Assembly (NCBI GenBank): GCA_963804975.1
Contig: CAWDSG010000002.1
Coordinates: forward strand, 53,554-117,553
From: an uncultured bacterium
GTDB taxonomy: Bacteria > Patescibacteriota > Minisyncoccia > Phycocordibacterales > GWA1-40-21
Direction of reading: 5' to 3'
DNA length: 64,000 nt
Of the stretch, positions 1 to 8,953 are shown in pieces (position 1 is the first letter of the stretch; each line of letters begins with the position of its first letter). A program made the translations under genes and the position numbers. The notes under the pieces are model-generated. The model was not told where the DNA came from. It ran no database searches and saw only the letters and a program-made list of their open reading frames with translations.

Positions 1-892
1 CATCAATCCGTTTGACCTTCCGGCCCCGAAAGAAGATGAATCACCGGCAGATGTATTGCGAAGCAACATCATCAATCTTGTCGGACTTTTTAGAATAATG
101 CTCGGCGGGCTTACCGCGGAAGAAGACGCTATTGTGGATCGGGCAATTTCGGAGACCTACGCACTCAAGGATATCACTCCCGATTCCGATTTTTCAAATA
201 TAGAGCCGCCGCTTCTTTCCGATTTTGAACTTGTGCTTTCGGGCATGAAAGGCGCCGAATCAATCGTCCAAAGACTTTCAAAATACACGAGGGGGACTTG
301 GGCTGGATTTTTAAACAGACCGACAAATATAAATATCAATTATAAATTCATTGTCTTTTCACTCCGAGATATGGAGGATGAGCTCAAACCGGTAGCGATG
401 TATCTGATTACCCATTATATTTGGAATGCTGTTAGGCGCGTTTCCAAAAAAAGATTGCTTGTCATTGACGAGGCGTGGTGGATGATGAAATCCGAGGATA
501 CGGCGTCGTTTTTGTTCTCCATGGCGAAAAGAGGCAGAAAATATTATCTGGGCCTTGCCACGATCACACAGGATGTCGAGGATTTCATCAAATCGCCTTA
601 CGGACTGCCCATATTGACAAACTCTTCCATACAAATTCTCTTGAAGCAGTCGCCGACCATAGTGGACAATTTGCAGAAAGTTTTCAATCTGACTGATGAG
701 GAAAAATATCTTCTGCTTGAATCCGATGTCGGTGAAGGAATATTTTTCGTGGGGTTAAAGCATGTCGCCATTAAAATTATCGCTTCATATACCGAAGACC
801 AGATAATAACCTCCGATCCTTCCCAGCTTCTGACTATAAAGCGGGCCAAAGAAGAGCTCTCAATGTCGGCAGGTGATATAATTAAAAATTGA
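1..892 (+). CDS. VirB4/TraG-like P-loop ATPase, C-terminal part (5' truncated by window)
   Basis: Walker B LLVIDEAW, RGRKY and ATITQDVEDF motifs of the VirB4/HerA-FtsK family; reading frame open from window start. Confidence 0.85.
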   Translation, partial: INPFDLPAPKEDESPADVLRSNIINLVGLFRIMLGGLTAEEDAIVDRAISETYALKDITPDSDFSNIEPPLLSDFELVLSGMKGAESIVQRLSKYTRGTWAGFLNRPTNININYKFIVFSLRDMEDELKPVAMYLITHYIWNAVRRVSKKRLLVIDEAWWMMKSEDTASFLFSMAKRGRKYYLGLATITQDVEDFIKSPYGLPILTNSSIQILLKQSPTIVDNLQKVFNLTDEEKYLLLESDVGEGIFFVGLKHVAIKIIASYTEDQIITSDPSQLLTIKRAKEELSMSAGDIIKN

Positions 893-893
893 A

Positions 894-1652
894 ATGAAAA
901 ATATGTTTCAAAAAACAATCAAAATTCTATTGGTGCTCTGCATCATTTTTTCAGTTCAAAATAAAGTTGCATCGGCTCAAAATACCCAGGCAACATCCGG
1001 CGAAGTTGATCTTATTGTTGAGCCCACATCTTATGTGCCGCCTTTTTATCTTGGCAAGTCTATTTTTACAAATCAAGGAACAGTGCGAGTTGTAGCGATA
1101 CCGAACATTGTGATCGGCGGGGAAAAAATAAATTCAAAAAATTTGATATTCGACTGGCAAAAAGACGGCATTCCTTCGGTTTCCGATTCGGGCATGGGAA
1201 AAGATTCCATTGTGGTAGACGGCAGCGTTCCGATAAGAGATATTGATATTTCCGTAAATGTTTCGGATTCATCCGGGAATACGCTTGCCGGCTCGTCAAA
1301 AACAATATCGGCCGATGATCCAAAAGTGCTTGTATATGAAGATAGCCCGCTCTACGGAATATTATTCAACAAAGCTGTTATCGGAGATTATTATCTCGGG
1401 CAAAAAAATGAATTGGACTTGATCGCGAAGCCATATTTTTTCAATTTATCGAGCGATTCGGGAATAGATTCAACTTATAAATGGGCAGTAAACGGAAATT
1501 ATATAAGCCCTTCGGGAAGAACCAATGAGCTTCTTCTCAAACAAACAACCACCAATCTTTCGGGCACAGCTTCCGTATCGCTTACCGTAAACAATAATGT
1601 CAGAATATTCCAATATGGAAATATGAGTTTTAATGTGAATTTTGGAATTTAA
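894..1652 (+). CDS. Secreted hypothetical protein (CPR-type, Ig-like)
   Basis: N-terminal signal peptide (VASA), beta-rich sequence, directly follows the ATPase. Confidence 0.7.
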   Translation: MKNMFQKTIKILLVLCIIFSVQNKVASAQNTQATSGEVDLIVEPTSYVPPFYLGKSIFTNQGTVRVVAIPNIVIGGEKINSKNLIFDWQKDGIPSVSDSGMGKDSIVVDGSVPIRDIDISVNVSDSSGNTLAGSSKTISADDPKVLVYEDSPLYGILFNKAVIGDYYLGQKNELDLIAKPYFFNLSSDSGIDSTYKWAVNGNYISPSGRTNELLLKQTTTNLSGTASVSLTVNNNVRIFQYGNMSFNVNFGI

Positions 1653-1664
1653 TTTTAATAAAAT

Positions 1665-2570
1665 ATGAATACAAAAAATACAATGAGATACAAAAAACTA
1701 TTCCTATGGATTTTTTTGATATTTTTAAATTTGCCGGCGCTCAAAGTATTCGCGGCTGCGGCCGTCACACAAACTTATACCCCGCTTGAACCAAACGCTC
1801 TTCCGGGCGTAACGGAAAGTGCGGCAAATTTGGGATCTTTTTTGGGATCAGTATTTAATTTCGGTATCGCTGCCGCCGTCGTTCTCGCGCTTATTATGAT
1901 TATTTGGGGAGGCATTGAATATATGACAACCGATGCATGGATGAAAAAAGGGGAAGGTAAAAAGAGAATTACGGACGCCCTTTTGGGTTTGGGCCTCGCG
2001 CTTGTATCCTGGCTTTTGCTTTACATTATAAATCCGAATCTTGTAACATATAACGGGAATCTCCTCCTTAATCCCGCTACGCCGGCAAAAACATCGCAAA
2101 CGGCTCCGATAACCAATAATGCTGCCGGATCTCAGTCAACCGCGTCGCAAACAAATTCGGCAAATACAAATCCGACCGGATCTTCCGGATGCCCTGGCCC
2201 CGCCTGCATAGATGCAAGCGGTATGCTGGCATGCAAAGACACTTCAAAGTGTTATTTGGACGGTACGTTTGCAAATGAATTGGCGATCTCTCTTGCCGGA
2301 CAAAATGCCCGTGTAACCGAAGCGTATCCTCCGACAACAGAACACGAGTCCGCCTGTCATCAAAACGGAACATGCGCCGATGTCAATTTATTGAACAGCG
2401 ATACAAATGTAAATGATGTTAAACAAGTATATGCCAGCATGGTCAATGCCGGACTTCATCCTTCATATGAAACGAGTAGCGATGCGGCATGTCAGCCGTA
2501 CCTTAACGATAATATACCCTGTATTGTAAGCCCACTGAATACCGCCCCTTCTTTCCATGTAAATATGTAA
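1665..2570 (+). CDS. CPR pilin-like (VirB2/TrbC-type) membrane protein with C-terminal M15/LAS-like metallopeptidase domain
   Basis: IIWGGIEYMT...KKRITDALLGL...INPNL pilin signature; S/T/N linker; SACHQNGTCAD (HxxxxxxD) and terminal FHV. Confidence 0.65.
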   Translation: MNTKNTMRYKKLFLWIFLIFLNLPALKVFAAAAVTQTYTPLEPNALPGVTESAANLGSFLGSVFNFGIAAAVVLALIMIIWGGIEYMTTDAWMKKGEGKKRITDALLGLGLALVSWLLLYIINPNLVTYNGNLLLNPATPAKTSQTAPITNNAAGSQSTASQTNSANTNPTGSSGCPGPACIDASGMLACKDTSKCYLDGTFANELAISLAGQNARVTEAYPPTTEHESACHQNGTCADVNLLNSDTNVNDVKQVYASMVNAGLHPSYETSSDAACQPYLNDNIPCIVSPLNTAPSFHVNM

Positions 2571-2581
2571 TGTAAACAAAT

Positions 2582-3838
2582 ATGTCCAGAAGAAATTCAG
2601 TAATTATTATAGTTTCAGTCCTGATCGTAATAATAGCCGTATTGATTTTCTTTTTTTCTCGTTCGTCAAATACAGGAATAGGAAATCAGGCATCTTCTAC
2701 GCAATCGGCGGTGAATCCTTTCGGCAACGAGCCGGGGAACAAAACATCAGGCAATACGAGCAATCCTTTCGGTACAAGCAGTTCTCAGGCAAATCAGACA
2801 AACGCCGCAAACACAAATCTAGCAAAACTTATCCAATTGTATGCAAACCCGACTTCAGGATCAATGTTTTTTACCGACAAAAACAATCAGGATGTGCTTC
2901 AGTTTGTGGAAAGAGCCACAGGCAATGTATACCGATACATCTCAGAATCGCGATCAGGAACGCCGGCACGCCTGACCGATACAACGATACCGAAAATCGA
3001 GGAGGTTGTTTGGTCCCCCGCAGGAAACGGCCTTGTCTATCGATATTTGAACAATGATACCGATATGATAAGCAGTTTTTCCGGCATGATAAGTTCAAGC
3101 ACAAATGGAAATTTGGCTCAAATTACAGGCATTTTTCTCACTCCCAATCTCACAGAAATTGTTTCAAATCCAAAAGGAGATAAAATCTTTGGTGTTATGA
3201 AAAAAAGCGATGGTTCCGGCACATACGGGATCTTGTCCAATCTTGACGGTACAAACAGAAAACAATTGTTTGATTCCCCGGTATCATTCTGGAATATATC
3301 TTGGCCAACAAACACAATAATAACTTTTGCCACAAAACCGACATATAAAGATTACGGATATTTGTATTTCTTCAACACGCAAACTTACTCTTTTGACAGA
3401 ATACTTGGTGATCTTTCCGGATTATCTACACTGACGAATGATGATGCGGGTTTGGTCGCTTATTCGGAAAGCCAGAATAACGCTTTTAATCTGGGAGTAT
3501 ACGATGTAAAAAATAAAACGGACAAAAACATCAACATAGCGACTCTTGCCGACAAATGCGTCTGGAGCACGAACGATGGCAGTGTTTTGTATTGCGCCGT
3601 TCCTCAAACGATTCCGACGGATTCTTATCCGGATGCCTGGTATCAGGGAATTGAATCTTTTTCTGATAATATTTGGAAAATTGATACAAAAACAGGAGCC
3701 ACAACACAAATATATCAAACAGGTGTGAATGAAAATACAAATATTGACGCAATAAATCTCATCATAAGTCCCGATGACAAGTATCTTGCCTTTCAAAACA
3801 AAAATGATTTGAGCGAGTGGATTCTCGCAATACAATAA
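2582..3838 (+). CDS. Membrane-anchored TolB-like beta-propeller protein
   Basis: N-terminal TM helix, low-complexity linker, repeated WSP/SP-D-K propeller motifs. Confidence 0.65.
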   Translation: MSRRNSVIIIVSVLIVIIAVLIFFFSRSSNTGIGNQASSTQSAVNPFGNEPGNKTSGNTSNPFGTSSSQANQTNAANTNLAKLIQLYANPTSGSMFFTDKNNQDVLQFVERATGNVYRYISESRSGTPARLTDTTIPKIEEVVWSPAGNGLVYRYLNNDTDMISSFSGMISSSTNGNLAQITGIFLTPNLTEIVSNPKGDKIFGVMKKSDGSGTYGILSNLDGTNRKQLFDSPVSFWNISWPTNTIITFATKPTYKDYGYLYFFNTQTYSFDRILGDLSGLSTLTNDDAGLVAYSESQNNAFNLGVYDVKNKTDKNINIATLADKCVWSTNDGSVLYCAVPQTIPTDSYPDAWYQGIESFSDNIWKIDTKTGATTQIYQTGVNENTNIDAINLIISPDDKYLAFQNKNDLSEWILAIQ

Positions 3839-3845
3839 TTTTTAA

Positions 3846-3872
3846 AAAAAACTTCGCGCCGCGAAGTTTTTT
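3846..3872. terminator. Bidirectional intrinsic terminator
   Basis: AAAAAACTTCGC-GCC-GCGAAGTTTTTT between convergent genes. Confidence 0.7.
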
Positions 3873-3874
3873 GT

Positions 3875-4396
3875 TTAAAACAAATCTATATCCACGTATT
3901 TGATGATAACGCGCCTGTCTTTACCTTCGCCTATTGATTCAGTTTTGACATTCGGTTTGCCGCTGAGCGCTCCATGGACTATCAACCTTTCGTAAGAGGA
4001 CATTGGCTCCATTTCCACATTCGATCTCATAAGGCGCGCTTTGTCCGCAAGCGCTTCGGCTTTTGACTTTAATCTTTCGATCATGCTGGATTTATAATCG
4101 TTGATGTCAATGGAAAAATCGCCCGCTTCTTCGGATCCTTTCTGCGCCATTCTTCGCAAAATATGCGTGATGGCATTCAGTGTTTCTCCTCCTTCTCCGA
4201 TCAAAATCCCTGATTCTTTTGTTCTGATTACGAATAAATTGTTTCCTCCTAAAGAATCTTCAACTATTTCAACACTGTCAAATCCTATGTTCATAAGCTC
4301 AAGGAAACCTTCTATCATGGATTTGATAGCTGTTTTTTCGGTTTGGGATAGAGATTTTTTGCTGTGATCTTTTTTTGTAATTGTTTTTTCCTCCAT
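3875..4396 (-). CDS. jag: Jag/EloR (KhpB) RNA-binding protein, KH + R3H
   Basis: GILIGEGGETL KH motif, MSSYERLIVH R3H motif, downstream of yidC. Confidence 0.85.
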   Translation of the reverse strand: MEEKTITKKDHSKKSLSQTEKTAIKSMIEGFLELMNIGFDSVEIVEDSLGGNNLFVIRTKESGILIGEGGETLNAITHILRRMAQKGSEEAGDFSIDINDYKSSMIERLKSKAEALADKARLMRSNVEMEPMSSYERLIVHGALSGKPNVKTESIGEGKDRRVIIKYVDIDLF

Positions 4397-4400
4397 ATTT

Positions 4401-5150
4401 TTATTTTACCATATTATTTGCTTTATTTTTTCTTTTTACGTATATTTCCTGGCCAATGGCGAATAAACTGCTTGTGATCAAATAGAGTGCCACGACAGCG
4501 GCAAAGTTCCTGGCAATAACGAATATGACTATCGGCATGATATATTTCATTTGCATATTCATGCTTCGCGATAATTCATCTTTGAAATTCGGCCCCGTTT
4601 TGGCGTCTTGATTCTTTTTGGGGACTTTCGGCATAATAATTTGCATTTGCAAAAACTGCGCGACCGCCGCCAGAATGGCAAAAAGTGTGCTCTTGCCGGC
4701 GACATTAATGCCAAAAAATGTCACGTCAATTACACTCGGAATTTTTGTGAAAGAATAAATAATCGTGTGATTCAGGTTCGGCAAACCGCCTCGTAGAAAT
4801 ATGTAATATAAAGCCATCAGTATAGGCAGCTGTATAAGCATCAGAAGAATCCCCGAAAACGGATTGATCCCTCGTTCTTTATATAAACGCATTGTCTCTT
4901 CGGCTTGTTTTTGCTTATTATCCTTGTATTTCAATTTCAATTCATTGAGCTCCGGTTCCAGCCGCTTCATTTCAAACTGGGTTTTGACGGATTTCTGGGA
5001 AAGAGGGAAAAGAATAATTTTAATTATTATGGTAAAAAGAATGACCGCCACTCCGACATTGTGAAACGGAATAATCGCGATAAAAAATATCAGCGCGTTG
5101 TAAAGCGGCGTATAAAAAACAGCTTTTAATAAAGCGTGCATAAAATCCAT
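4401..5150 (-). CDS. yidC: Membrane protein insertase YidC (short form)
   Basis: LYKERGINPFSG, LIQLPIL motifs; rpmH-rnpA-yidC-jag synteny. Confidence 0.93.
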   Translation of the reverse strand: MDFMHALLKAVFYTPLYNALIFFIAIIPFHNVGVAVILFTIIIKIILFPLSQKSVKTQFEMKRLEPELNELKLKYKDNKQKQAEETMRLYKERGINPFSGILLMLIQLPILMALYYIFLRGGLPNLNHTIIYSFTKIPSVIDVTFFGINVAGKSTLFAILAAVAQFLQMQIIMPKVPKKNQDAKTGPNFKDELSRSMNMQMKYIMPIVIFVIARNFAAVVALYLITSSLFAIGQEIYVKRKNKANNMVK

Positions 5151-5492
5151 TCTATACGAAAATCGGTGATTTTACAATCTGTTTGACAAAAAATTTATAA
5201 TATGCTAAGCTTTTAATATCTCGCTTGAAGGAGGAGAATGGCAAAGGGAACTCGCAAAGTCTAGCCAGCTTGTAGCAGTTTTTTGTAGAATCTTATTCTG
5301 CTATAGAGATTTCCAAAAAATTTTTATAATTTTCTTTTTTGTTCTTTCTAGAAAAAATAATAATTGTGTAAAACTAGTCAGGGGTCAGGCTTTAAATCCA
5401 CCCTGCTCAATCGTTTGCCAACTTTCCTAAAAAGAAATTAAACACAAACATTGAACTCAGAAATAATTAGGTCTTATCTGGGGACCAGCTCG

Positions 5493-5876
5493 TCATATAT
5501 TTCCTTTACTGGAACTAATGGCGAGCTTATTTTTTATATAAAATCCGACTTTTTTCAGAATTTCATCAATATCTTTTTTTATTTCGGAATAAGAAATTGG
5601 TTTTTCGGTTTTTTTAGGAAAGAAAACGATTGTTTTTTTGAAATTTTCGTTCATTTTTTTTAAATTTTCCTCAATAGCCGCGCTTATTTTTCTTTTTATC
5701 CGGTGCCGGCCGACAGATGTTTTTTCTATTTTTTTTGACACAACGATGGCAAAACCCGGCATATTGGCATTTTTCTTTGAAACTTTTGCATGCAAATAAT
5801 TTTCGGATACTGCCATCCCATTTTTTATTGCATTTTCTATGTCAGCCCTTGCAGCCCTGAATTTTCTTGATAGCAT
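5493..5876 (-). CDS. rnpA: Ribonuclease P protein component
   Basis: FAIVVSKK...SVGRHRIKRKI (RNR-like motif); synteny. Confidence 0.88.
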   Translation of the reverse strand: MLSRKFRAARADIENAIKNGMAVSENYLHAKVSKKNANMPGFAIVVSKKIEKTSVGRHRIKRKISAAIEENLKKMNENFKKTIVFFPKKTEKPISYSEIKKDIDEILKKVGFYIKNKLAISSSKGNI

Positions 5877-5936
5877 CAACACATTATATCCGTAAGATTA
5901 TAAAAACAAAAATCCGCCAGAAGCGGATTTTTGTTT

Positions 5937-6086
5937 TTATCTTCTTTTTTTAGAAACAGAGAGTTTGGCTCTGCCTTTCTGCCTTCTCCTTTTTATAGTG
6001 TTTCTGCCGTATTTGCTCTTGCTTCGCGCGAGAAAACCATGAGTTTTCGCTCTTTTTCTTTTATTTGGCTGATACGTAAACGACAT
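5937..6086 (-). CDS. rpmH: 50S ribosomal protein L34 (below ORF-track size cutoff)
   Basis: Hand translation [49 protein letters not shown]. Confidence 0.95.
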   Translation of the reverse strand: MSFTYQPNKRKRAKTHGFLARSKSKYGRNTIKRRRQKGRAKLSVSKKRR

Positions 6087-6297
6087 AAAGAAAGTATAAA
6101 CCAAAAAAGAAAAAATGTAAAGCTTGTTCAGATAAAATTTCAGGTATAATTACAAACCTCCGAACACTCGATGTTTTTTATAAAATTTGAATTTTTTTTA
6201 TTTTTGTTTTTTAATTTTACTAATCCACTTTTTATGAACACTTTGTGAACAAAAATAAATTTTAGAGAAATTCCATATCAACCTATAATTAAACCCT

Positions 6298-7629
6298 ATG
6301 ACAGATAATAAAATCCTTTGGAATAATGTCCTCGCCCAAATAGAACTTGGCATTTCTAAAGCAAATTTCAGCATGTGGTTTAAAGATACATATATCGTAA
6401 AACAGGAGGACGGCATGGTATATTTGGGAGTTCCGAATATTTTTATAAAGGACTGGCTGATGAATAAATACCATAAAGATATTATTAAAAATCTCAGGAC
6501 TTTCGGAGAAAATGTAAGAAATGTGGAATATTTGGTCTCGAAAGAAGAAAATAAAACCCATATCAAAGAATCAACAAATGTAAGCGAGCTTCCCCTCAAT
6601 GATTTTTACATAAATAAAGAAGATAATCTGAATCCTAAATATACTTTCAAAACATTTGTTGTCGGCCCGTTCAACGAACTTGCCTATGCGGCCTCGCAGG
6701 CGATTTTGAAAAGAACAGCTACTTACAATCCTCTTTTTATTTTTGGAAGCACCGGCCACGGTAAAACGCATTTGATTCAGGCGATAGGAAACCAATTTAA
6801 AGAAGACGATCCGAGCAAAAAGATTTTTTATATGACAAGCGAGCGGTTTGTAAACGATTATTTGAATTCCCTTAACAGCGGCGAGATCAATACTTTCAAA
6901 GAGAAATATAAAAAATATGATGTTTTGATTATTGACGATATACAATTTATTTCGTCAAAAACAAAAACTCAGGAAGAATTTTTTCATCTTTTCAACAGTT
7001 TTCACGACAGCGGAAAACAACTGATATTCTCGTCGGATAAGCATCCGAATTTCATAACCGATATAGAAGACCGCATCAAATCAAGATTCAATGCCGGCAT
7101 GATTCTTGAAATTCAGAAACCGGATTTTGAATCAAGGATCCAGATATTCAGGAAAAAAGCGTCTCTGATGAATCTGGCTCTTTCAAACGAAACGGTTGAA
7201 TTTTTGGCTTCATTTGTTGAAGGCAATATACGCGAACTTGAAGGTGTTTTGAATTTGATTCTATGCCAGACCCACTTAAAAAATAAGGAATTGAATATAA
7301 GTGAAATTAAAGATCTGCTTAAAAACACATCCAAACCGAAGAAAAATGTGTCCGCAAAAGATGTAATGAGGGTTGTTTCCGATTTTTACGGGATAGACGA
7401 ATCCAGTGTATCCGAAAAAGGGAGAAAAAAGGAGGTTATCAAGCCAAGGCAGGTAATTATGTATATTCTGAGGGAAGATTTTGATATTTCGTTCCCGTCA
7501 ATAGGCGATAAGGTGGGAAACAGGGACCATTCCACAGTTATCCACTCGTATGAAAAAATCAAAAATGATCTTAAAAACAATCCTGAGCTCGTCCAGGAAA
7601 TAGAGCATATCCGTTCAATGTTGAAATGA
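6298..7629 (+). CDS. dnaA: Chromosomal replication initiator DnaA
   Basis: LNPKYTF, YNPLFIFGSTGHGKTHL, IDDIQF, RELEG, RDHSTVIH. Confidence 0.98.
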   Translation: MTDNKILWNNVLAQIELGISKANFSMWFKDTYIVKQEDGMVYLGVPNIFIKDWLMNKYHKDIIKNLRTFGENVRNVEYLVSKEENKTHIKESTNVSELPLNDFYINKEDNLNPKYTFKTFVVGPFNELAYAASQAILKRTATYNPLFIFGSTGHGKTHLIQAIGNQFKEDDPSKKIFYMTSERFVNDYLNSLNSGEINTFKEKYKKYDVLIIDDIQFISSKTKTQEEFFHLFNSFHDSGKQLIFSSDKHPNFITDIEDRIKSRFNAGMILEIQKPDFESRIQIFRKKASLMNLALSNETVEFLASFVEGNIRELEGVLNLILCQTHLKNKELNISEIKDLLKNTSKPKKNVSAKDVMRVVSDFYGIDESSVSEKGRKKEVIKPRQVIMYILREDFDISFPSIGDKVGNRDHSTVIHSYEKIKNDLKNNPELVQEIEHIRSMLK

Positions 7630-7824
7630 TTGTTTATAATATATGGAGAAGTTATGGAGAGTTTGTTTGAGAAGTTGTTGAGAAAAGTTTGATAAGAAAT
7701 AGATCAAAAAATAAACAACTAATAACAAACATGAGATATTTAAAAAATTAAAAATTAAACACAAAAAACAAAGGTTAAAAAAATATAAACATAAGAACAA
7801 TATTAATAATAAATATATAATAAT
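7630..7824. other. Probable oriC (dnaA-dnaN intergenic)
   Basis: Six degenerate DnaA-box-like 9-mers at about 11-bp pitch (7631-7695), then a very A/T-rich tract with TAA repeats. Confidence 0.6.
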
Positions 7825-8925
7825 ATGAAAATAGAATGTATAAAAGAAAAACTCCATATCTCCGTATCAAAAGCGGAAAAAATTGTCAGTAGAAATCAGA
7901 ATTTACCCATCCTTTCTTGTTTATTATTCCAGACAAAAGGAAATAATCTTATAATAAAATCAACCAATTTGGATTTGGGTTTGGAAATTTCCATTCCGGT
8001 AAAAGTGGAAGAGCAGGGTATTGTGGCTATTCCTGCAGGAATAATAAGCAGTTTTTTAAATAATTTAAACGAAAACAAAAATATTTCACTGGAAACAAAA
8101 GAGGGAGTTTTGAGAGTTTATACAGAAAACAGCGAAGCAAACATAAAAACACTGCCACACGACGATTTTCCTACAATTCCGCTTGTTGATAACGGCAAAA
8201 TATGCAAAATGAACTCAAAAGATCTGGGGAATGGAATCAAATCGGTCATTTACAGCGCGTCCACATCTTCTGTGAAGCCGGAACTTTCAAGTGTTTATGT
8301 ATATTCAATGGAAGATCATCTGGTTTTTGTGGCAACGGACTCATTCCGCCTTGCGGAAAAAACCATAAAAACAAAGAAAAACATGAATCTTCCCGGCATT
8401 CTCATACCGTTTAAAAATGCCTCGGATATTTTAAAAATAATCGACACAACCGACGAAGAAATAGAAATAAATTCAACAAAAAACCAAATATCTTTCACTT
8501 TCGGAGGATTATACCTTGTTTCAAGAGTCATAGACGGGGTATTTCCGGATTACAAACAGATCATACCAAAAGAAGAAAAGACAAAAATCACAGTTTTAAA
8601 GCAAGACCTCATAAATTCATTAAAACTATCAAGCATTTTCTCGGACAATTTCAACCAAATAAACATAAATGTCCAAAAAGGGGCAAAATATGTCCAGATT
8701 AAAACCAAAAATTCAAATATCGGAGAAAACACGAATAAAATAGACGCGACAACGGAAGGCGAGAGTATTGAAGTGAATTTTAATCACCGATATATCGTAG
8801 ATTGCTTGCCGTCAATTTTCTCAGACAGCGTATCTTTGTTTTTTAACGGCATAAACAAACCGCTTATCATAAAAGGGACTTCCGATAAGACATTCATGTA
8901 TTTGGTTATGCCGATGAACAGATAA
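7825..8925 (+). CDS. dnaN: DNA polymerase III beta clamp
   Basis: STNLDLG, VATDSFRLAE, FPDYKQIIP, YLVMPM. Confidence 0.97.
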   Translation: MKIECIKEKLHISVSKAEKIVSRNQNLPILSCLLFQTKGNNLIIKSTNLDLGLEISIPVKVEEQGIVAIPAGIISSFLNNLNENKNISLETKEGVLRVYTENSEANIKTLPHDDFPTIPLVDNGKICKMNSKDLGNGIKSVIYSASTSSVKPELSSVYVYSMEDHLVFVATDSFRLAEKTIKTKKNMNLPGILIPFKNASDILKIIDTTDEEIEINSTKNQISFTFGGLYLVSRVIDGVFPDYKQIIPKEEKTKITVLKQDLINSLKLSSIFSDNFNQININVQKGAKYVQIKTKNSNIGENTNKIDATTEGESIEVNFNHRYIVDCLPSIFSDSVSLFFNGINKPLIIKGTSDKTFMYLVMPMNR

Positions 8926-8953
8926 TTCTTGTTTGTTTTTTAAAATAAAAAAA

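Noticed and set aside
1-3838. Conjugative element or prophage
   Set aside because: No relaxase, integrase or phage structural genes; VirB4-like and pilin-like genes are a usual chromosomal feature of CPR
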